Source of the DNA: a virus
IMG/VR virus record: IMGVR_UViG_3300025648_000012
Coordinates: 64,001-128,000 of that record
DNA length: 64,000 nt
Reading direction: 5' to 3' (one strand)
Position 1 is the first letter of the stretch. Each line of letters begins with the position of its first letter. Positions 37,074-46,390 of the stretch are shown here, one piece after another. The notes beneath the pieces were generated by a model, which was given only the letters and a program-made list of their open reading frames with translations, did no database searches and had not been told where the DNA came from. The position numbers and the translations under genes were made by a program.

Positions 37074-37748
37074 GTGGCTAATACTGACGAAGCATTAGGA
37101 GCGGAAATAGGAACAATTTTAAGAAACAAGGGAATAGAAACTCCCATGTTTGGATCGAACTACCTGGACAACTTTTCAAAAATAGAAACACTGGCTCCAT
37201 TAGTTGAGTCCATTCTAACAATTCTTGGAATGGACTTGAAAGATGATTCTCTTAGGGATACGCCAAAACGTGTTTCTAAGATGTTTATTGAAGAATTGTT
37301 CTATGGGCTTGACTACAGCAACTTTCCGGCATGTACAGCCGTGGATAATAAGATGCACTATGACGAAATGCTACTTGAGGGAGGTATAACGGTAAACTCT
37401 CAGTGTGAGCACCACCTTGTACCGTTCAAAGGACATGCGTACGTTGCATATTTACCAGCCAATAAAGTATTGGGGTTATCCAAGTTTAACCGAATAGTAG
37501 ATTTCTTTAGCAGAAGGCCACAAGTTCAGGAGAGGCTAACAGTACAGATTGGTACCTCCATACAGCATATTGTAGAAACGCCAAATGTTGCGGTTGTACT
37601 AGAATGTTCTCATTTTTGTGTTCAATGCCGTGGAGTAAAAGATTCTGATAGTTGGACTGCAACGTCAATGCTCGGGGGTATTTTTAAGGAACAAGCGGTT
37701 AGAGTTGAGTTGTTTTCTCTAATAAACGGTAGACGAGGGAGGCATTAG
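37074..37748 (+). CDS. folE: GTP cyclohydrolase I
   Basis: DTPKRV, CEHHLVPF, GLSKFNR, RPQVQERLT, HFCVQCRG. Confidence 0.96.
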   Translation: MANTDEALGAEIGTILRNKGIETPMFGSNYLDNFSKIETLAPLVESILTILGMDLKDDSLRDTPKRVSKMFIEELFYGLDYSNFPACTAVDNKMHYDEMLLEGGITVNSQCEHHLVPFKGHAYVAYLPANKVLGLSKFNRIVDFFSRRPQVQERLTVQIGTSIQHIVETPNVAVVLECSHFCVQCRGVKDSDSWTATSMLGGIFKEQAVRVELFSLINGRRGRH

Positions 37749-37754
37749 TAATCC

Positions 37755-38177
37755 ATGTCAATGACTTTAGACGATATTATTAAAAAATGCAAACCATTAC
37801 AAAAGGATCTTGCTCTGTATGTAAAATTTAGGTCTATAAAAACAGGGAAGCAAGATGACGTGTATCCATTTATTGCTGCAAAAGCTTATTCAACTAAGCG
37901 TAGATTACCGGACGGACGTATGGTAACCAATGTAAATCCGGAAACTTACATTGCAGTAATTATGGTTATTGACAATAAAAAACACGTCAAGGTATCCTGT
38001 AGCTGTCCTTCCTTCAACTATGGAGGTTTTGAGTATTCTTTAGCTAAAAAAGGGGCTGCAGATATACAATATGGAGACGGGTCTGCACCGGATATAAAAA
38101 ATCCAAAAAGAATTCCAGGAATGTGCAAGCACCTTGTTGCTTTAAGAAGTTATGTTAAGACAAAGTACAAGTTCTAA
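37755..38177 (+). CDS. SWIM zinc-finger protein
   Basis: VSCSCPSF...MCKHLVAL. Confidence 0.75.
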   Translation: MSMTLDDIIKKCKPLQKDLALYVKFRSIKTGKQDDVYPFIAAKAYSTKRRLPDGRMVTNVNPETYIAVIMVIDNKKHVKVSCSCPSFNYGGFEYSLAKKGAADIQYGDGSAPDIKNPKRIPGMCKHLVALRSYVKTKYKF

Positions 38178-39073
38178 TGGCAAAAACTTACCGTAAAAGT
38201 GAATCCTTTGAAGTTCTAAAAACAGTAAAAGACTACAAAGATAATCTCACAACTTACCAATGGCTTAATACTCTTGATTTCTTTATTGAGGAGGCCGTTA
38301 AACCTTTGGCGTTCGCGCTACCTACACTCACAAAAAACTTTTTAGCATTAGTTGCTGCTAAACAGGTCATAAATTCCCATACTCGTTATTGCCGAGGAGA
38401 AAAACAATCGTTAGTAATAAACATTTTTAATTTCCTGTGTACGGAAAAAGTAGAGTACCTAAGTGCAATAACTGTAAATAGGGGGATATGGTTTGGATTC
38501 TTTTCCTTAGCCCAGGGAACAGTAGAACCCTATATGTCAGTTATGAGTAATCCAGCCCAGTACTCCCAGTACCTAGTAGCCAAGGATTGGGAGCAAAAAA
38601 GACCTATTTGGCAATTCATTAAACAATCACAATACTGGCAGGACAAGGCATCATGGTTCAAGTCAATAATAGTTCAAAAATTTACAAGGTTGGCGTTAAA
38701 CCGAGCAAAAGCATCGTATACTGCAATCGGTCATATAGTTGACTTAGATGATATTATCTCAGTTAATTTGCAATTTGTAAATAAAGCAGTAGAGAGGTGT
38801 GATACAAACAAGGGTACGTTAGCCACCTTTGTAAACACTTGGTTGTACTCTGCCAATGCAGAAGTTAAAAAGTTAATTTCAAAGAATGAAATGTCTTTGA
38901 ATGACGAATTGTTAGTTGCGGATCAATCTGTCTCATGGGAAATGGAACGCTCTATGTCTGCAATAGCTAAAGAAGTAGACAAAGAAGGGTATGTTAGAGC
39001 CGTTCTTGGCATACCTGAGTATTTTACAGCAGTAGATTACCAAGTGCTTCAAAAAGCAGCAAAAGTAAGTTAA
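38177..39073 (+). CDS. Phage sigma70-family-like factor
   Basis: LALNRAKASY...DLDDIISV...NKAVERCDTNKGTLATFVNTWL aligns by eye with sigma70 regions 2.1-2.4. Confidence 0.65.
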   Translation: MAKTYRKSESFEVLKTVKDYKDNLTTYQWLNTLDFFIEEAVKPLAFALPTLTKNFLALVAAKQVINSHTRYCRGEKQSLVINIFNFLCTEKVEYLSAITVNRGIWFGFFSLAQGTVEPYMSVMSNPAQYSQYLVAKDWEQKRPIWQFIKQSQYWQDKASWFKSIIVQKFTRLALNRAKASYTAIGHIVDLDDIISVNLQFVNKAVERCDTNKGTLATFVNTWLYSANAEVKKLISKNEMSLNDELLVADQSVSWEMERSMSAIAKEVDKEGYVRAVLGIPEYFTAVDYQVLQKAAKVS

Positions 39074-39091
39074 ATTTAAGGAGAAATAAGA

Positions 39092-40609
39092 ATGTCAATA
39101 GATTTAGAAGACACAAAAACTGGTGGATTTTCGGACTCACCAAAAATTCCAAGTATTGAAAAAGTATTACCGGTAGTTAAATGGAAAGCTGGAAAATATA
39201 CCAAAATTCGTTTAATTGGTAAAGTTACTCCAACTGCCAAGTTTTGGGTTAAAGTTAAAAAGAAGGATGGGGGCATAACTAAATTTCCTGCCCCTTGCAT
39301 TTCTTACGACCCATTAACTCAGGAACACGATGAGACAATAAAAGATCCTTGGTGGGAATATTATAAGCAGGAACGAGCTGCAATTAAAGACGGCTCGTTG
39401 GACAAAGAGGATGCTTTAGTACAGTACTCAACTGATTGTTATTGTAACGTAATAGTTAGAAGTAAGCAGCAAAAGGGTGGGGATTTTGAAACTCGCACTA
39501 AAGCAGAAGCAAGGACAGGATTCAAAGATCCGGAATCTGAGTCTGATACTCCTGTAGAAGTTGCACGTTTTACTTCCTCTGTTTTACGTAAAATAAAGGA
39601 GAAGAAAGAGCTAAATGAGGTAGAAACAAAAGAAGGTGTTACGTGTTACCCCTGCAATGACCCTCGTTATGGTTTTGATATTCTTGTTAAGTATAATGAG
39701 AATTCTGCGTCACCAAGCGAAACCTATTCGGTAGAGAAGGGTGAAGGTAGAACAAAACTTACTGAGGAAGAGAAGCTGTATCTTGTGTATGACATTGACA
39801 GTGTTGCAAAACTTCCTGAAAATGTTACAGAAGAATCAGTTATTAGTGATTTTAATTCATGGAGAGAAAGAATGGGAATTAAGAAACCTAGCAAAACAAC
39901 TGTTTCAAAGAAAGGCAAAGGGCGTACAGAAGAAGACGAAGATGAGGATGACTTGGAAGAGGAAGAGGAGGATGAAGCGCCTAAATCCAAGGCAAAGAAA
40001 CCCGTCAAGAAGTCTAAGAAAGTTGAGGACGATGATGACGAGGATTTTGATGACGAAGATGAAGAGGACGAAGCTCCCAAATCTAAATCAAAAAAGGCAG
40101 TGAAAAAGTCTAAAGTCGAAGATGAAGACGATGATGAAGACGATGATGAAGATGATGACTTCGGCGACGATAACGAAGACGAGGAAGAGTCCCCTAAATC
40201 TAAAAAGTCAGTTAAAAAGCCTGTCAAGAAGTCTAAGAAAGTAGAAGATGACGAAGACGAGGATTTTGATGACGACAGTGATGAGGATGAGGATGAAGAC
40301 GACGAACCCAAGTCAAAGAAACCTGTCAAAAAGTCAAAGAAGGTAGAAGATGAGGACGATGATGATGACGACTTTGGTGACGATGACGATGACGATGAAG
40401 ATGAAGATGAAGCTCCCAAGTCTAAGTCAAAGAAACCTGTAAAGAAATCAAAGAAAGTAGAAGATGACGACTTTGATGATGACAGTGACGACGATGACGG
40501 TGACGACGAGGATGATTCCCCCAAGTCAAAAAAATCTGTCAAAAAGCCAGCTAAGAAGCCTGTCAAGAAGTCAAAGAAGGTAGAAGATGATGACGATGAT
40601 GATTTTTGA
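39092..40609 (+). CDS. Probable ssDNA-binding protein (gp32-like) with a long repetitive charged tail
   Basis: KIRLIG, YCNVIVR, DPRYGFDILVKY, acidic C-terminus ending DDDF, adjacent to recA. Confidence 0.65.
   Translation: MSIDLEDTKTGGFSDSPKIPSIEKVLPVVKWKAGKYTKIRLIGKVTPTAKFWVKVKKKDGGITKFPAPCISYDPLTQEHDETIKDPWWEYYKQERAAIKDGSLDKEDALVQYSTDCYCNVIVRSKQQKGGDFETRTKAEARTGFKDPESESDTPVEVARFTSSVLRKIKEKKELNEVETKEGVTCYPCNDPRYGFDILVKYNENSASPSETYSVEKGEGRTKLTEEEKLYLVYDIDSVAKLPENVTEESVISDFNSWRERMGIKKPSKTTVSKKGKGRTEEDEDEDDLEEEEEDEAPKSKAKKPVKKSKKVEDDDDEDFDDEDEEDEAPKSKSKKAVKKSKVEDEDDDEDDDEDDDFGDDNEDEEESPKSKKSVKKPVKKSKKVEDDEDEDFDDDSDEDEDEDDEPKSKKPVKKSKKVEDEDDDDDDFGDDDDDDEDEDEAPKSKSKKPVKKSKKVEDDDFDDDSDDDDGDDEDDSPKSKKSVKKPAKKPVKKSKKVEDDDDDDF
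39930..40606 (+). repeat. Coding repeat of six basic and acidic blocks
   Basis: PKSK..KKPVKKSKKVE blocks alternate with D/E runs. Confidence 0.9.
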
Positions 40610-40627
40610 TCTTTAGATTGTAAATTA

Positions 40628-40670
40628 TGGGTACTCAGCTACCTTAGTGAGTTCCCAATTTTCCTTTTTA
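40628..40670 (+). terminator. Probable intrinsic terminator
   Basis: TGGGTACTCA/TGAGTTCCCA stem (one mismatch) followed by a T-rich tract. Confidence 0.5.
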
Positions 40671-40682
40671 AGAGAAAAACCA

Positions 40683-42086
40683 ATGGCAAAAAGAAAAGAA
40701 GAACAGGAACAGTTTGATATTAGATTAGCGCTTTCAGACTCAGTTGATGATGTTTCAAGAAGGCTAAGTTATGAGGAATCCTCTCTAGAGGCGGTGCCTC
40801 CCATGAGTACAGGTATGCTGGCAATGGACTTGGTTTATGGTGGTGGGTTACGTCCAGGTATGCTTACACACGCAGGGGAAGAACAAACTGCTAAGACTAC
40901 TGCGCAACTTACAATCATGGCTTCGGCGATTAAGCATGACATACCTTTAATTGCTTTTTCTGACTATGAAGGGAGCACTCGTTCAAGCAAAAATTATGTC
41001 CATGAGATTCTAAAAAATGTTGGTGTTAAAATGAACATGGACGAAGTATTTGGTAAAAAAGACGACCAGGGTAAGTGGGTTGTAACTCCAAGGGTTCGTT
41101 ATAGAGCTGAAGCAATTTTAGAAAAATTTTACGATTGGCTGCACTCTATACTACAAATTCTGCCGGATAAACGGTTGGTTGGAAAAAATTGGTGGCTAAT
41201 CTACGAGGATACCAAAGAAAACAAAGCAAAGTATGGGGAGTTTAGTGACCCATCCATGCCAAAAAAGTATGGTAAAGGTATATGGATTCCAGCACAAGAT
41301 TCTAAACTACAGGCAGTAATTTGTGTGGATAGCTATGCGGCCATGAACCCCTTAGCCCAAGATGAAGACGAATCCTCCAATGCTTTAGCTGTTGCTGCAA
41401 GAGCCTTTGCTAAACAATTACCTAGAGTTAAAGGGAGAATGCTTCAAAAAATGGTAGCAGTCATAGGCACTAACTTGTTAGGTGATATTCCTATGGCTAT
41501 GTATGGCCCTACTCAAAACGAAAAAGGAGGTAAAGCCCTAAAGGGATTTTCTGATGTACGAGTTTGGTTTACAAAAAGATCCTTATCCGCTCCACCTTTC
41601 AATCCAAAACCGGGTAAGAAAATATCCAGTGAGATTGAAGCTTCTGTAACTGGAGAAGGAACTGATAGGTATAGGTACATTCATATAAAGGCGGTCAAGA
41701 ATAAGCTATCTATGCCAAACAGAGAAGCGTACCTTAGAATATGGGAAGAGGATGGAGAGGGAGTAGCCCGTGGATTAGACCCAGTATTTGATACTATATT
41801 TTACCTACGGGAAACAGGGCAATTAACCGGTAAGCGTTCCAAGTTCGAGCTGAACCTAGATGGAATTCCAACAAAGAAGTTCGTTACTTGGGAGCAGTTA
41901 AAAGGGTGGATACTAAAGGACAAAGCGTACAAAGTTGCTCTTTGTAAGCACCTTGGTATTAAAAAGCCTTTTGACATTCGTATATTTTGCTTTAGGCAAA
42001 TGGAAAAAGGAATTGGAGAAAAGTTATACATTGCTGCCAATATTGACAAGCATTCAATCAAAAAAGGTGAAGAAGATGACGAATAA
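40683..42086 (+). CDS. recA: RecA/UvsX-like recombinase
   Basis: STGMLAMDLVYGGGL, GEEQTAKTT, VDSYAAM, GGKALKGFSDVR, VKNK. Confidence 0.9.
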   Translation: MAKRKEEQEQFDIRLALSDSVDDVSRRLSYEESSLEAVPPMSTGMLAMDLVYGGGLRPGMLTHAGEEQTAKTTAQLTIMASAIKHDIPLIAFSDYEGSTRSSKNYVHEILKNVGVKMNMDEVFGKKDDQGKWVVTPRVRYRAEAILEKFYDWLHSILQILPDKRLVGKNWWLIYEDTKENKAKYGEFSDPSMPKKYGKGIWIPAQDSKLQAVICVDSYAAMNPLAQDEDESSNALAVAARAFAKQLPRVKGRMLQKMVAVIGTNLLGDIPMAMYGPTQNEKGGKALKGFSDVRVWFTKRSLSAPPFNPKPGKKISSEIEASVTGEGTDRYRYIHIKAVKNKLSMPNREAYLRIWEEDGEGVARGLDPVFDTIFYLRETGQLTGKRSKFELNLDGIPTKKFVTWEQLKGWILKDKAYKVALCKHLGIKKPFDIRIFCFRQMEKGIGEKLYIAANIDKHSIKKGEEDDE

Positions 42087-42456
42087 CCCTTCAAAGGAAG
42101 CAGTAGGCGTTCTAATACCGTGCTCCACTTTACTTTCAGTACTTCATGTAGATTGGCAAAATGAACTACCTCAAGATAGAGCGGGGTATAAACTATTCAA
42201 GGAAAATCTTTTATCCTATGTACTATATTCAACTTCCTGCAAGTTGTTTGATAAAGATGGAAACGAATTCAATGTACGGGAAGACCAGTGGCTACAAGTT
42301 ATTAGAGGTGAGTACAAAGTCCTAAGTAGGTTAGATAAGATTAAAAAATACGGAGACTTTTCTTCTGCTCGACTTGTGTACTATAATGAGGAAGATAATG
42401 AATCTTTTATCCTTAAAGAAGGAGATGAAAAGAATGGTACTCAACATTTACTCTAA
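42076..42456 (+). CDS. Hypothetical protein
   Basis: The ATG at 42076 overlapping the recA end is the likely start. Confidence 0.55.
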   Translation: MTNNPSKEAVGVLIPCSTLLSVLHVDWQNELPQDRAGYKLFKENLLSYVLYSTSCKLFDKDGNEFNVREDQWLQVIRGEYKVLSRLDKIKKYGDFSSARLVYYNEEDNESFILKEGDEKNGTQHLL

Positions 42457-42898
42457 ATCTGGAGAAATTCCTACCTACGCTCATGCAACTGATTCTGGAA
42501 TGGACTTAAAAGCCTTTTCCAGTACTGAAAACTCATGGACTATTCACCCTAACCAAGTAACTATAATTCCAACTGGAGTTTTTATTGCATTACCTCCAGG
42601 CTACGAAGCTCAAATTAGGTCTAGATCAGGACTTGCTGCAAAGTATGGAGTATTTGTTGTAAACAGTCCTGGTACAATAGACGAAGGGTACAGAGGGGAA
42701 CTACAAGTCATACTGACTAAGGTAGGTAATGCAAACTTTGAGGAAGAGTATGTAGTGAATACCGGAGATAAAATTGCTCAATTAGTAATTGCTCCTGTCT
42801 CTAAACTTGGAGTAGTCCTTATGAAAAACCAGCACGAGTTTGAAAAACTACCTCAAACAACAAGAATGGCTGGTGGATTAGGTTCTACTGGAAGATGA
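42434..42898 (+). CDS. dut: Trimeric dUTPase
   Basis: SGMDL, RSRSGLA, GTIDEGYRGE, GDKIAQL, R..GGLGSTG. Confidence 0.96.
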   Translation: MVLNIYSKSGEIPTYAHATDSGMDLKAFSSTENSWTIHPNQVTIIPTGVFIALPPGYEAQIRSRSGLAAKYGVFVVNSPGTIDEGYRGELQVILTKVGNANFEEEYVVNTGDKIAQLVIAPVSKLGVVLMKNQHEFEKLPQTTRMAGGLGSTGR

Positions 42899-42902
42899 AA
42901 CT

Positions 42903-43544
42903 ATGGACCTTAATTTAACATACGCGACTGCTGCAAATAGTAGCGTTGTTCCTACTCCAAGCACGCCTTCTCTAGAAAGGATAGCTAAACGTAAAAACAG
43001 AACTTCTAGATTTTGGGATACAGTTGATTACTGGGAGCCTAATAAAGAAATTTCAAAAAAGGCTGCGCTCATTACTATTGACAAGTTAGTTGTCGATTTG
43101 TTACCCAAGTATAAGGGAATTACAAAACTAGCTAAGGATAATTCCCTTGTTATTACGAATTTTATCTTAACGGAGCTTGCACCTTTAACTTTAGCAATTA
43201 GCCCAGCAGTAACTCAGTGCAAAGAAATTCTTAACCGTACTCTTAAAACAGACGAGGATAACTCTCCTTCCCTTGATACCTCCGTTTTAGATCAAGTATA
43301 CTTCATGTCGAACGAAGCAGTTAAAATTCGTTTAAGAAGGTTTATTGCTAAGTTGTATTCTCTTAAAGAGTTTGACTTGGTTAAAGAACCTGACGTACTT
43401 GATAAACTTTCAAGGTCAATAAGTAAACCAATAGTTGAGGCTATTACAAATAAAACCTCAGGTAAAAATGAACTCAAAGAAGCATTAGATCATTTAGAAA
43501 AAATGCAAGGAGTAAACAAACAGAGGAAGACTCATGCTAGGTAA
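42903..43544 (+). CDS. Hypothetical protein upstream of the terminase
   Basis: 213-aa helical ORF. Confidence 0.6.
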   Translation: MDLNLTYATAANSSVVPTPSTPSLERIAKRKNRTSRFWDTVDYWEPNKEISKKAALITIDKLVVDLLPKYKGITKLAKDNSLVITNFILTELAPLTLAISPAVTQCKEILNRTLKTDEDNSPSLDTSVLDQVYFMSNEAVKIRLRRFIAKLYSLKEFDLVKEPDVLDKLSRSISKPIVEAITNKTSGKNELKEALDHLEKMQGVNKQRKTHAR

Positions 43545-45633
43545 ACAAAGAGATAAAAAACTAAAGGGCAAATCTGACTCCAGATTGGCCCTTTTCTCCT
43601 TTATTGACTCAGAAGCTCTACAGCCTCATGTTGAAGAAAAAAGTAGAGATTTACCCAAACTTGTTAAAAACAACGAAAATTTTGATGTTCGCGCCTACAT
43701 GGATAGTCTAGTAGACGAGAATACAGGTATAATTCGTGACTTAAAAATTGACGATAGAGATTTCCCTTCTGCTAAAAACTTTTTTGACTACTCAACTACC
43801 ATAATTGGGAATGATGCTAACCCTCCTTGGATTGCACAGATGTGGATGTGCGTATTTGCCCTGGGAGAAGTATGCCCAATCTGCAGCTCCAAAAAATGGT
43901 CTAACTTTAGATACATTATAGAGGAAGTAGGTAAACACGTTCCAGCAGAAGCATTAAAAGAACACCTTGTATTCTTGGAGTATGGAATATGTCCTAAGTG
44001 CAAAACACATAAGTGGGAACTCATTAAAAACCACGGACTTAAAAACTATGCTGAATTAGTAGCTGTGTTTGGTCAACGGTCAGGTAAGAGTAGCAGTCTT
44101 GCGTTAATGTCGACCTACATAACTCATAGATACCTTAAACTACCTCCACTCGGCACCCTAACTAAAGCAATACAGAGGTCTACTCCAATTACTTCCACAT
44201 TTGTCTCCCTTAATTTTGCTAAGGCGTATAAGCTTTTGTGGACACCTTATTTACGCATATTGCAGGATTCAAAATGGTGGAATGACTACCATGAATTTCT
44301 AAAATACACTTCAAATAGATTAGGAGTTGAGCTAATAAAGGATAAGGATGTATTTTTGAAATACTTACACCGCAACATGGAATTATACCCAGCTGGGCCT
44401 AAAGGCGAAACTCTCCGTGGAGAAACTAGATTTCAGGCTTCAATAGATGAGTTGGCGTTGTTTCCTCAACCTGCGGGAGATTCAGAAGAAGATGAGGATA
44501 CAGATAGAGCCAATGCTGATAAAACTCATACATCCTTAAGTACAAGTCTATCTACTATTCAAGGAGTACACTTAGAACTGTTAAAAAGACACATTGATAT
44601 TCCTCCTGCTCTCATGTGCGGAATATCTTCTCCCATGGCTGAAAGAGATAAAGTGTGGAGATTGTTTCAAGATTCACAAACTATTGAAGGTTCAAAAACC
44701 ATACTTGGAGTAAATGCTGCAACTTGGGAAATTAACCCAAACATGGATAGAGAAACATCTCCCATGATAATAAACGCATTTAGACGAAACTCAGTCAATG
44801 CAATGCGAGACTATGGTGCAGTCCCTCCAAAAGTAAACTCTCCGTTTTTAAGCCCAACTAACTTTCCTTACAAACTGTGGACACAACCTCCAACGCACGA
44901 GTTAATTCCCATGCTCGATGAGCCTGGAGTAACTTATGCGAAAGTCCGTAAACTCAATAATGTTTCTTTTCCATCCGTACTTTGTTTAGACGCAGGCAGA
45001 ACAAACAACTCTTTTGCAGTTGTAGCTGGTCACTTTGATTTGCATGCTCAAAAGGTCGTTGTAACAACTCTATTAGAGATAAAACCAGTAGAAGGTCGTC
45101 CAATTGACTTTAATTTGGTCTATAAGAATGTTATACTTCCAATAGCTAAAGATGTCCATGCTACTGCTTGTTTTGCTGACCAATGGCAGGGTGTAGAATT
45201 GTTAGATAGACTAAAAGATGATATGGGTAAGTATGGAAATGGAAAACCTAAGTGTGGTGTACGAACTTACTCTCCAAAGAGGTTTGACTTTGATACTTTA
45301 ACAAGTTTACTGACTAACAGCAACATAAGACTACCCTTCATTAAAAAGGAAGTATACGACGAGACAATACAGTCATTGCACAATATAAAAGTGGAGACAG
45401 CATTTCCTTCTCAGCATCTATTACTGCAAATGCTAACTATTCGGGATGTAGGTGATACACGTTGCCCAGAAAAAGGTGTTGGTTATACGGATGACTTGTA
45501 CCGAGCACTTGTGCTGCTAACCCGTATATTTGATGAAAAAGTAATGGAACGTTTGAAGACAATTAAAGTAGAATCAACAAGTAATGAGCAGTTAACAGTA
45601 AAGCCTATCTATGTTTCTCGTGGTGGATTATAA
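43534..45633 (+). CDS. terL: Terminase large subunit
   Basis: Walker A GQRSGKS, LRGETR, Walker B IDE, ISSP, nuclease LCLDAG and TDDLY. CPIC/CPKC insert. Confidence 0.85.
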   Translation: MLGKQRDKKLKGKSDSRLALFSFIDSEALQPHVEEKSRDLPKLVKNNENFDVRAYMDSLVDENTGIIRDLKIDDRDFPSAKNFFDYSTTIIGNDANPPWIAQMWMCVFALGEVCPICSSKKWSNFRYIIEEVGKHVPAEALKEHLVFLEYGICPKCKTHKWELIKNHGLKNYAELVAVFGQRSGKSSSLALMSTYITHRYLKLPPLGTLTKAIQRSTPITSTFVSLNFAKAYKLLWTPYLRILQDSKWWNDYHEFLKYTSNRLGVELIKDKDVFLKYLHRNMELYPAGPKGETLRGETRFQASIDELALFPQPAGDSEEDEDTDRANADKTHTSLSTSLSTIQGVHLELLKRHIDIPPALMCGISSPMAERDKVWRLFQDSQTIEGSKTILGVNAATWEINPNMDRETSPMIINAFRRNSVNAMRDYGAVPPKVNSPFLSPTNFPYKLWTQPPTHELIPMLDEPGVTYAKVRKLNNVSFPSVLCLDAGRTNNSFAVVAGHFDLHAQKVVVTTLLEIKPVEGRPIDFNLVYKNVILPIAKDVHATACFADQWQGVELLDRLKDDMGKYGNGKPKCGVRTYSPKRFDFDTLTSLLTNSNIRLPFIKKEVYDETIQSLHNIKVETAFPSQHLLLQMLTIRDVGDTRCPEKGVGYTDDLYRALVLLTRIFDEKVMERLKTIKVESTSNEQLTVKPIYVSRGGL

Positions 45634-45640
45634 ATTTGAG

Positions 45641-45657
45641 AACAATTTTAGGTTGAG
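45641..45657 (+). promoter_or_regulatory. Candidate late-promoter motif AACAATTTTAGGTTGAG, copy 1
   Basis: Identical 17-mer at 59161. Both copies are intergenic and just upstream of a start codon. Confidence 0.5.
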
Positions 45658-45669
45658 AGGATTTAACTC

Positions 45670-45900
45670 ATGAAAAGAGAAACTTACAACTCAACCTATT
45701 ACAAACTTCGTAACTCCATTACTAAAAGAGATAAAAACTGTGTTCAATGCGGTGAGAAAGCGAACCACAGGCATCACATCATACCCTTATCACGTGGCGG
45801 TACTAACTCTATGGCAAACTTGATGTTCTTGTGTGAAACTTGCCACCAATCTAAACATAGACACAAGTTTACTAATAAGCGAAAGGTAAAGGCATGTTAG
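45670..45900 (+). CDS. Small HNH endonuclease
   Basis: RDKNCVQCG....HHIIPLSRGGTN...NLMFLCETCH. Confidence 0.9.
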   Translation: MKRETYNSTYYKLRNSITKRDKNCVQCGEKANHRHHIIPLSRGGTNSMANLMFLCETCHQSKHRHKFTNKRKVKAC

Positions 45901-46358
45901 TATTAGGATTAGATCCAGGAACTAAGAACTTTGGTTTTTCCTTAGTTGAGTTTAAAGGAAAGCCAAATGTGGTTACTACTGGAATGCTCAATTATCCAAT
46001 TTCTGACTTGGTAAATTACCAAGAAGGTAAGGAGCTGTTTAAGAAAGAGGTAAAAGCCCTAAGTAAAAATTCAAGTTTAATTGCTGTTGAGCGGTTTCAA
46101 TCTCGAGGTGGTAAAGCTGGAAAAACTATTGAGTGTGTTAACATAATGATAGGTTTATTGGATCAGTGCAATAAACCTTTATCCATGTTTTTACCTGCTA
46201 CTTGGAAAATGGACTTTACTCGAAGGTTTGGATTCAAGGTTGTAGAAACTTATTCGCATTTTGATTGCAAAAATCACGAAGTTGATGCCTCACTAATTGC
46301 AATCTATGCTTACTCCAAGTTTGTTAAACCGATAGAGTACAACTGGAAGAAAATTTAA
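45894..46358 (+). CDS. ruvC: RuvC-like Holliday junction resolvase
   Basis: VLGLDPGTKNFG, IAVERF, PATWK, HEVDASLIA. Confidence 0.88.
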   Translation: MLVLGLDPGTKNFGFSLVEFKGKPNVVTTGMLNYPISDLVNYQEGKELFKKEVKALSKNSSLIAVERFQSRGGKAGKTIECVNIMIGLLDQCNKPLSMFLPATWKMDFTRRFGFKVVETYSHFDCKNHEVDASLIAIYAYSKFVKPIEYNWKKI

Positions 46359-46390
46359 TTAAACATGGGGATTGAAAATGGGGATTGAAA

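Noticed and set aside
39724-40566. 280-aa Ser-rich minus-strand ORF and the 120-aa alternative-frame ORF at 39741
   Set aside because: Shadows of the GAY/GAR/AAR repeats in the SSB tail. No independent coding signal.
43860-44010. Intein in the terminase (Cys-rich insert)
   Set aside because: The insert has CxxC pairs but no intein blocks or His-Asn junction. More likely a Zn-binding subdomain.
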